Shown here piece after piece: positions 54,638 to 64,000 of a stretch of 64,000 nucleotides of DNA. Source of the DNA: Eledone cirrhosa. Lineage: Eukaryota. The notes under the pieces were generated by a model. The model had not been told where the DNA came from. It worked only from the letters and a program-made list of their open reading frames with translations, and searched no databases. How positions within the stretch are numbered: position 1 is the stretch's first letter; each line of letters begins with the position of its first letter. Where the stretch lies: assembly GCA_964016885.1 (NCBI GenBank), contig OZ024746.1:68510001-68574000 (forward strand). The letters are read 5' to 3'. The position numbers and the translations under genes are program-made.

Positions 54638-56079
54638 TAATTAATGACTTTATATGTCAATATAACCGCCATCATAATATTACAAATAAAAAGGGAAAGA
54701 AATGGGAAAAGAAAAAAACACACGCACAAGCACATCTGGGACCACATACAAGCGAAAGGTGTGGACAAACGAATCACTACCAGAACAAAAGATAACTATA
54801 TAGCGAGGAGCACTGGGAAACCTCTCTAATAATTTTTGAGGCAAGCCAGCACACTCGCAGCGTTACCTCGGGTGATGGCGAGGCTGGGATGCTGGAACAG
54901 ACAAGCGCCTTCACGAGCATCACCAGTTACCTCGGTTAGGCGAGCAGCCAGTGAAAAATAGTGATGTACGCGATGGGCCGTTTGGTTCAATGATAAACTA
55001 CACGATATTTATAATGGGCATCGATATATTTTTTTTAAGATGTGTATATTTTTTTTAATTTTGTCAGCATAATTGTTATCAAGACATTTTTTTTGGGGGG
55101 GGGGAGCATTAAAATATAGTTTGAAATAAATTATTGCTTGAACATTATTTCTTTTTTTTTTAAATTAATTTAGTCGATACTGGGCGAGCCAAAGACAGTA
55201 TAAACAAAAAAGTATATATTGTGGGGCATGGCAAAAAAGTTGTTGAGTCTCATTACTGTATAAAATAACATTAAATAGGCAATATGGTTATGCTTGAACT
55301 TGTTAATTAGTGTTTAAAACAGGGAATTTGTTTTTATATTTGAAGGTCACATTGAATTAAATGTTATTTCATGAGGTAACACTAAAGAATATTGTATTAG
55401 TTAAATACAAACAAATATAATTAAATTTATAGTGAAAATTAAGGTAATAAATATAAATACAAACTAACCTTTTACAAACATACTTTAACACACAGCAAGG
55501 AAGGTATCCATAACGTGGGTAGAAGGAAAAGGAATGGTAGGAGGTGGAGGGAATGGTGGGAGGGTGTGGAGAAAAAAGGTAGGGATGTAGGCTTCTTTTA
55601 GAACTCTACACTGAAGGCCACAAGATGTTTCTCACTCCTATTCTAGTAACCAAAGCCATTTTATATGGGGCTCTAAATCCTGAAGGAGTCATAGAATTTC
55701 TTTCATAACACAAAGTATTGGGCATTTAAACCTAGCAAAGGCCATCCTTCTTCAGATATTTAACTACACTTCTATGTAACTAGAAAAGATTCTCTTATTA
55801 GTTCCTAACTAATAATATAGAATAATGTAATCCTGGATACATTATATCTCAAACAATCTAAGGAAGGTTTGGCTGCCATTTCTATCATGCTCCCTCATAA
55901 TGAAATTGAAGCATGAGTTTGGTAAGCTGAGTTCAGGATCTAGTTTTGATTTCCTTAAATCAGAAATATTCTGCAGAAAAGCAAGAATATTACAACATCC
56001 ATTCGATAGAGTTAATCCTTCATTGTCTCCCTTGGAGAACTAAAGTAGTTCAAATACTAAAATGTGAAGGCTTATCATC

Positions 56080-56335
56080 TTAATTTCCATTACCATATCT
56101 CTAATAAGATACACTGCCTATGTGTCAACTTAACCCTTCAATCACCATATTTCTAATGAGATACACTGCCTATGTATCAACTTAACCCTTCCATTACTAT
56201 ATCTCTAATGAGATACACTGCCTATGGCAACTTAACCCTTCCATTACCATATTTCTAATGAAATACTCTGCCAATGTGATTCAATAAATTTTGAAAATAA
56301 CTGAACATTTGGAGGAATTTAATAATGCCTTGACT
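56080..56335 (+). repeat. Four ~52-bp tandem copies of a piggyBac-like MITE left end
   Basis: Unit TTAACCCTTCCATTACCATATTTCTAATGAGATACACTGCCTATGTGTCAAC; the continuation resembles 47395-47470. Confidence 0.75.
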
Positions 56336-56339
56336 AAGC

Positions 56340-56810
56340 TGACTACAATTTGTAAATTGAAGCTCCCCAAACAAATGGAATGCAAATTCTTCCAGACAGT
56401 GGAATCAGTCCTGCTGTATGGAGGTACTGTGGACACTCACTAAACAACTTGAAAAGAAACTTGATGGAATGTACACATGAATGCTCAGAGCACCTTTAAA
56501 CATATCCTGGAAGCAGTAACCTACATAAAATCAACTCTACAGTCATCTACATGCAATCTCTCAAGAGAGATGGACCAGATTCACTGGACACTGCTGGAGA
56601 GCAAAGGAAGAAAATTTCAATGATGTGTTATTACAGAGACCAAAGCATTGGTATTCCAGTGTGGGTAGACCTCACATAATCTACATCAAACAACTATGTG
56701 AGGATGCTAAGTGTAATCTGGAGGATCTGCCATGAGCAATAGACCACCAAGACAAGTGGAGAGAAAAAGTCATGGCAATCCACGCGACAAGCACGACAAA
56801 ATGATGAATA
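56340..56810 (+). mobile_element. Degenerate RTE-like LINE 3' fragment
   Basis: VESVLLYG, WTLTK.LEK.LDG.YT.MLR and RFTGHCWR remnants. Confidence 0.7.
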
Positions 56811-57074
56811 AAATTATTAAGATTTTCATTAGTAAGCTGTTATTTGAAACATCACATGATTTTTTTAAAAATAATATTATGATGAAAGGTTTTAATATAA
56901 GGATAAACATTTTGAAATGAACAGTTTTGTATTGTAAATCTAAGGTGGTTTTATGTAATTTGGTATCAAAGGAGTAAAAACCCCCTTCAGTACTGAATGA
57001 TCATGGGTTTTGCATCTAGAAAGTTCCCCTCCGAAGCACAAGCTCAGGCTATGTGTTTTTGTAGAGGGCTGCAG

Positions 57075-57694
57075 TCACCCACAAAATAAAATGTGTTCTA
57101 AGATTTCTTCATTCTTGACATAACGGATGAGAGTAATTAATTGGCTACAATGAGAAACATCTGTAGATTCGTTCACTGTCACAGGACTTACCTTGATATC
57201 ATCGATCACCAGTTCCAATATATCCTGGTTCATATCAACAATTCTGTTCCTGATTACATCGTTAGACATTGGTACTTGTGCCACCTTCCTTTCCACATCT
57301 GTTCTCAGAATGATCTTGGTAACTTCAAGGATACAAGGCTTAACTAACTCTTTGATGATTCTCTGAGGTATTTTTCTCTTTAACCACTAGATAGACAATT
57401 TTATAGGATGCTTCAAGAACAGGCTTTCCAGTTAGTACAAATCCTAACTTTGGTAGAGTTCCTTAATAATCAAAAATTGCCTTTTTCACCTTGAGTGTTT
57501 CTTTATCATTTCCAGCCTCAGTACCACCAAGTACTCTATTGTAGTTAAGAAATTGAAACAAATAAAAAACTTTGAAACACTGAATGATGAGAAGTAAAAC
57601 AGAAAAAAAGTTGTTTCTGGGCTTCTCCTTGCATCCCCAAGAACTGAATCTTGTACCCCTTGGAGGTGCTGGCACCCTAGGTTAAGAATCACTG
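57075..57694 (-). mobile_element. hAT (Charlie/Buster) transposase fragment with its left terminus
   Basis: MSNDVIRNRIVDM..DI....ESTDVSHCSQLITLIRYV...EHILFC matches Buster-type transposases; terminus CAGTGATTCTTAACC at 57680-57694. Confidence 0.8.
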
Positions 57695-58999
57695 AAGCTA
57701 TATATGCAGAAAGTGCTTTCCAGTGAAATCAAACTCATAACCACATGGCTGTAAAGTGAACTTCTCAACCACACAGCCATGTTGGCAATTACATCTAAAT
57801 TCTACACTAATTAAGAAACTTTTTTTAAATATCTGACTTCAGAATTTTCTCAGGTTATAAAAGTTATGTTATATAATATAGTAAAATAACAGAGTGCAAA
57901 AAAAAAAATTAGTGATGTTTTGTGTCAGCAAAAGGAAATTACAAGTTGTTTAAATTATATAATACATTTTATGCCATGAGGAAGAGAAATACTGACTAAG
58001 TAGTTGTCATAGGTACAGATGATGAAATATTTAGTGATTATCTACAAACCACACACTCCAGATATTGAGTTTAATGTACAAGAAATTGTTTCCCCAGGGT
58101 TATGTCTTCAGTCTACCTCTATTAAATATAATTCAAAAGTTCTAGACAGGATATTATTGAGAACTTTTTTATATGCTGATGCTTTGGTTCTTATAAGAAT
58201 TGGATACAGAGCTGCAGAAAATGTTACTGGAATGGAACTCTGTCAGATTCGATGACGATTGCTCAAGTTGTCCGATCAATAGAACAACATGCTCATAATA
58301 CTAACATGCAAATGGCTGGAGCATTCTACAGATACATGTACCTTTAACATAATTCTGAGGGAGATTTAATGTAATACAATGTGTGACAAGGCTTGCACTC
58401 TGAATTACAGGTACAATCATTCTGACTGCCTTCCACACAGTTTTTGTATACCCAATTTTACTCACAAGGCATAAGTCAATCCAAGGCTAAAGAAAATCTC
58501 ACTTGCTCAAGATGCTATACAGTGAGATCAAACTTGGGAACTAATGATTGTGAAGCGAACTCCTGAACTATTCAGCCGATTTAAATATACTACATATATC
58601 AGGAAAATACATTCTCACTCATGAATAACACATAACTAATAGAGAGACACATAGTGCAATGTAATTCAACATAATCCTTAAAATACAGAGTAGTCACTGT
58701 TGGAACAACTTTGATTATATATCTGCTCAAACAGCAATGATGTGCAGTTAAACAACAGCAAATACAGCAAAAGAAATATTGAAGCTGGGTGCTTAGGGAA
58801 TAAAAAAGATGGTCATGATAGAACTATCCTTCAACATCATCATCCTACTGCCTCAACTTTGGAAGAGTTTAGTAGGTTGAAATGCCAGATTCCGTCATGC
58901 TTATTGCATGCTAACCAAGACTGGGCTTTTCTAGTGTTGAAATCTTTTCCAGTGTCCATTATCCATACGATGCTCTATCTGGGGCTCTATCTCAGGCTC

Positions 59000-59450
59000 A
59001 AATAACATCTGTTGTATCTGGCACTCAATAACAACTTCTGTTTTATCTGGAGCTCCCTAACAACTTCTGCTCAATCTAGGGCTCAATAACAACTTCTGTT
59101 CTATCTTAGACTCAACTAACAACATCTGTTCTATCTAGAGCTCAATAACAACTACCTGGGGCTCTCTCTCACTCTGTATCTGACACTCAATATCAACTTC
59201 TGTTCTATCTGGGGCTCTATAACAGCTATCTGGAACTCTATTTAGGGTTCAGTAACAACTTCTGTTCCATCTGGAGTTCTATCTAGGCTTAGTAACAACT
59301 TCTATTATATCTGGAGCTCTATAACAACTATCTGGAGCTCTGTCTATGGCTCAGTAACAAATTCTGTTCTATCTGGAGCTCAGTAACAACTATCTGGAAC
59401 TCTATCTATGGCTCAGTAACAAAGTCTGTTATATCTGGAGCTCAATAAAA
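59000..59450. repeat. Degenerate minisatellite (TAACAACTTCTGTTCTATCTGGAGCTC, ~30-bp and shorter units)
   Basis: Directly visible. Confidence 0.85.
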
Positions 59451-61029
59451 AAAATGCCGTTCTTCTGATTGTTTAGTGCACAAAAGTTTTAATCTGGAGG
59501 ATATTTAAACCCCAAAATATCAATTAGGCTAGTTTAGCTTTCTAACCAATAAGTTGACCTTAGATTTAGTTGATATACCACATCTTAGAATGTTTAACAC
59601 AGTGGCTGACTTATTGCCTATGGTTGAATTTAATTTGGATGTGAAACACAAGTAAAAATAATGAATCACTTTAACCAGACATATTTTTATTCACATATAT
59701 TTCCATTTGCTGGTCTGTGAGTGAATTTGCTTGATAGAGTAAAATCAGAAAGACAGTAACCTGCCTGAGGAAGGACCCCCATGAGGTGGGATGGCTGTTG
59801 CAACAGGTGTTGCTGGCCATTCTCTGCTGCAGTACCTTTGCCATCTTATCTGTGAGGTGCAGCTGAAACGCCACTTAGACTGGGGCGTAGAGCCAGTTAT
59901 CCCATCCCTCTCTTTGTTTCTTTCTATGCTTAATTCCTTTTTTTTTTTCTTAGTCTTTTTCTTATTTTCCTCTCTCTCTCTCTCTCTTCTTATTTCCTTA
60001 TTGCCATGTATATAGTACATTTCGTTTTACTACTGTATATTTCATATTGAAATAAGTTCATTAGATTAATGGCTTGTGAGAGCTCTATTCCCCATCTATG
60101 ACAATTGGCAATGATTAGCAAAGAATGTGGTTTTCAGGTCAACATTTCCTCAGGGTTATGTCATCAGCCCACTTCTATTCATTATAGTTCAAGTATGGCT
60201 GTCATTGAGAACTTTTTTATGCTGATGACTTGCTTTTCATAGCAGAATATGTTGAAGAGTTGCAGAAAATGTTCCAAACATACAAACATGGTACAGCACA
60301 AAGTACTGGTTAGTAACAGAGAGCATCGTTAAACCAAGTACCATCATATTAACCATATTTGGTTAATATGTAGGAAAGAGGAGTATAAAAAATTTATACT
60401 TTACATTCAATGCTGCTAAGAATGTGTGGTGTGCTCCCAGGCTAGCTGGTGGAAAACAAAGACTTGAAATGTGCCCCAGCAGTTACCAGTAGGACCACTG
60501 AATAATGTAAATTTCTTCGATAGTTTAATTAGAATTAATATTTTTTTTAAACTAGGTATTCATTTTTTGGGTTTAGTCAGGCATGGAAGGGCATAAAACA
60601 TAAACCTTTTAAGAGTCAATGAGACTGACAGAAGAAAGGAAGGATGTATACTGAAATTGGAGACTTGGTCCAAATACCTGCAGCAGAGATGACATTACTA
60701 AAGATATCCAAGAAGGGCCAAGCAGTTTTGTTAAACCAAGCAACAGATTACCTCCCAAGTGAATCACAGAAGAATTTGAACCCAGAATGTAAAGACTCAG
60801 AAAAAAATACTAAAAAAAAAAAGGCATTTTATCTGACAATCAATCAATTTCTCCAATCCACTGTCCTGGATTGGTACTTTACTTTATCAACTGCAAAAGG
60901 ATAGAAAACAAAGTAGAATTCAGTAGAACTCAGAACAAAGAGATCTGGAACAAATTCCACTCCACAAGACATTTCAACTTTTACTCTAACAACCCTACCT
61001 ATTTGCCACCTATTAGCTTATTACAATGA

Positions 61030-61550
61030 ATGTGTAGCCATGGTAAAGAAGAAATTCAGAAAGTTATTGCTTCTGTTAACAAGAACAAGTTTCTCTTGTC
61101 AGTCAAAAAATAAAAAGACTATGAAGCATATGTCAAAACTGTGATATGCATGGTAGTGAGACAGGGACATCAAATATGAAAGAGCTGCGAAAGCTATCAA
61201 GAAATGATCTGTTAAATAAATAATGTTGGCTAGCATAAAAGTCAGACAAGTTAACTTATAGAGCAGCTGTGGATGAAGTGTAATAGATGAAGAATAGACA
61301 GCTGCTCTAGTATGGAGATATGTTAGTAAGAGATAATAAGTGTTAGTTGAAAAGATGCCATGTATTCTGTCAGTTAAGGCAGCTTAGGGAAAAGAAATAT
61401 TGAGGAAAACATGGAAAAAGTGTTAAGGTCAGATATCTAGATGTTGATTCTCAAAAAAGAAATGACACTAGACAAAGATGACTGTCTGGTAGAAATATCC
61501 AACCCAAACCATCAAATAAAAATAAATGTTAAAATATTGGTGATGAATAT
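61030..61550 (+). mobile_element. Highly degenerate RTE 3' fragment
   Basis: HGSET and RKTW remnants and a tail remnant. Confidence 0.55.
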
Positions 61551-61785
61551 AATTGCCCAGAATTATCAGCAAATTGGCAAAGTCATAAGAATGTAAAACA
61601 AAATGCCTTGCAAATTTATTCTAGCTCTCTGCATTCTGAGTTTAAATCCCACTGAGGTCAATTTTGCTTTTCATCCTTTTAAGGTTGATAAAATTAAGTT
61701 CAAGACCAAAGCAATGGATAGTCAGGATTGTTAGAGCCAACTTGGGATTAAACAACAACAACAGCTATATGTATATGAAATAGTC

Positions 61786-61820
<35 letters not shown>

Positions 61821-61861
61821 AATATGATAATAATGGAGCTGCGGCGTTGCAAATGGGTTAC

Positions 61862-62208
61862 ATATAAAAAAGTGAGTCCTTCATCAGCGACCCTCCAACC
61901 GTCCTCGGCATTTCATCGCTTTAAGGGCCATATGACTCGGGTTGGTGCGAACAACGGCTAAAAAAAGTCGTTGGGACACGTAAACAAAGGGGGACGCTAG
62001 AGTAACAACAAAAAAGTTTAAGCAACGGTTCTACTCACTTTCCGTTGCTTAAACTTTTTTGTTGTTACTCTAGCGTCCCCCTTTATTTACGTGTCCCAAC
62101 AACTTTTTTTAGCCGTTGTTCGCACCAACCCGAGGCATATGGCCCTTAAAGCGATGAAATGCCGAGGACGGTTGGAGGGTCACTGATGAAGGACTCACTT
62201 TTTCATAT
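61862..62208. repeat. Near-perfect 167-bp fold-back (13-nt loop), possibly a Penelope-like terminal repeat
   Basis: 61862-62028 is the reverse complement of 62042-62208. CTGATGA lies near the outer end of each arm; flanked by (TA)n. Confidence 0.9.
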
Positions 62209-62436
62209 ATATATATATATGGATAGAACAACTAAATGCAGGGAGTCATAAAAGTGAGAAATTTGAAAATTAACTAAAAAATAAACATTAAAATCCCATT
62301 TCTCACTTTTATTGTCCATCTGATCAGCTGGACAGAAATTTGATTCTTCAGCTGATTAGCATCATTAAAACCCACTAATTGCACTATTTTCTTCTTTTTT
62401 TTTATCACAACTGAATACCATTAATTAGGTATAGTA

Positions 62437-63003
62437 CTAATTGTTTCTACTTTTGGCACAAGGCCAGCAATTATCCCAGTACATTACTGGTATTTCATTT
62501 TATCGACCCCCGTAAGGATAAAAGGCAAAATTAACCTTCGTGGGATTTGGACTCAGGACGTAAAGGGCCATAACTCAATGTTGCAAATCATGGCATCTGA
62601 CGTATAGGTATAGTAATAATTGTTTGTACTTTTGGCACAAGGCCAGCAATTATCCCAGTGTATTACTGGTACTTTATTTTATCGACCCCATAAGGATGAA
62701 AGGCAAAGTTAACCTCGGCGGGATTTGAACTCAGACTGTAAAGGTCCGTAACTCTATGCTGCAAAGTATGGCGTCTGACCCTCCACTGACACTACTAATC
62801 CACCGCCCTAGTAATAATTGTTTCTACTTTAGGCACAAGGCCAGCAATTACCCAGTGCATTACTGGTACTTTATTTTATCGACCCCATAAGGATGAAAGT
62901 CAGAGTCAACCTCGGCGGGATTTGAACTCAGATCGTAAAGGGACGTAACTATGCTGGAAAGCATGGCGTCCGACCCTCTACCGATACTGCCAATCCACCG
63001 CCC
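62437..63003 (-). mobile_element. Three Meta-like SINEs stacked head to tail
   Basis: Copies at ~62437-62602, 62614-62808 and 62812-63003, separated by TAGTAATAAT-like junctions. Confidence 0.9.
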
Positions 63004-63387
63004 TAGTAATAATGTTGATATTATAGAATAATTATAAATACTACAAAGACATGTTCTCTCTGCAATGCTGGTGCTACCATTAAGTCTAACAAGGCAGCCA
63101 CCTAAAGTGCAGAACTCAGAGAGGTGCCTGACTAAACCTTAAAGGATCACAATTTTATACACATTTCTATAATTAAATTAGATATATAAAAAAACGTTCC
63201 TGCAATCAATAAAGAAATTATGAAACATCTTTGCTATGTAACAGTAATGTTGAAATATTCAAATTAGATTGTATGATGTTATGAACTGTCACAGGATTTG
63301 GCATAGGTGAATGTAGGTTATGTAGTGGAAAATAACGGTTTAGTAATTGTCTTAGTGTGAAATGTCAAAAACTAGGTTCATCAGTTT

Positions 63388-63650
63388 AATAATAATAATA
63401 ATAATAATGAAATTATTGTGTACAGTGCTCAGGTGCACTACAACTTATCAAAGGTGTATGTATAGTACATAGAATAATGTACAAATGTCAGGAAAGTGAA
63501 CAGTGTATGAGTCATGATATACATGTGTGCGTGTGTATGGAGGGGGGATATCAGGTGTAGTGTTGGTGAAATTCAAGAACCATGGAGGTTTTAAAGGATG
63601 CAGTGTCTCAACAGCTAACAACTGATGCAGGTAGTTTATTCCATGCTTTA
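63388..63650 (-). mobile_element. CR1 LINE 3' end
   Basis: Same tail as 19441-19830, with (ATT)n. Confidence 0.88.
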
Positions 63651-64000
63651 CAATAGTATAAGTTGGAATTATTTTATTTGTAACACATGACTGGAAGACT
63701 GATTGTACATTGTAGAGTTAACAACCTATAGAACCAAATAGCCAGGTGTTGGCTCTGACTCTCTGTATAAAAGTTAAATTTATGATGCATGTGTTAAAAG
63801 TGTGAACTCAATGGTACAAAAGAAAAATATGGTGACAGTGAGACACATTTAAGAGAATTTAAGTCAAGGATGAGCAACTAGTGGTGAAAAGTGTTGGTGT
63901 ATGATTTGTTAGTTAATAAATAAAAATTAGAAATATAGAAATAGTGATTTTCCATCATAAGGCAGCCATCTTGGATAGTGGTAGTAAAAATATAAATAAT

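Noticed and set aside
54825-54900. snRNA (Sm-site-like AATTTTTGA followed by a hairpin)
   Set aside because: Upstream sequence does not match the 5' ends of U1/U2/U4/U5/U11/U12 as I know them.
59755-59905. GC-richer island as an HDV-like ribozyme or exon
   Set aside because: Could not build P1-P4 pairings, and no convincing acceptor/donor pair.

Overview
AT-rich, repeat-saturated eukaryotic (animal) DNA with no recognisable host gene. The repeat repertoire (RTE and CR1 LINEs, tRNA-derived SINEs, long TA/CA/GA microsatellites) looks like coleoid cephalopod, probably Octopus, sequence; this is an inference. The only long real ORF is a full-length RTE-clade LINE (14967-18035, minus strand; APE endonuclease + RT with an embedded C4HC3 PHD-like finger) sitting in a large (TA)n field. 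Most other ORFs in the track are microsatellite artefacts or LINE/hAT fragments. Most interesting signals: (1) a 48-bp unit that folds as an H-type pseudoknot with compensatory changes between copies, found in the RTE 5' UTR, tandemly amplified in the 3' UTRs of a second RTE lineage, and present in a partner SINE; (2) a Penelope-like fold-back element at 38761-40800 with 450-bp inverted arms, each carrying a minimal hammerhead ribozyme, that has captured a ~610-bp copy of DNA lying 5.5 kb away; (3) several further long fold-back hairpins and inverted SINE pairs that would form dsRNA; (4) consistent insertion of RTE-tailed elements into (TA)n. A few weak host exon or regulatory candidates are listed with low confidence. 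All structure and family calls were made by eye.
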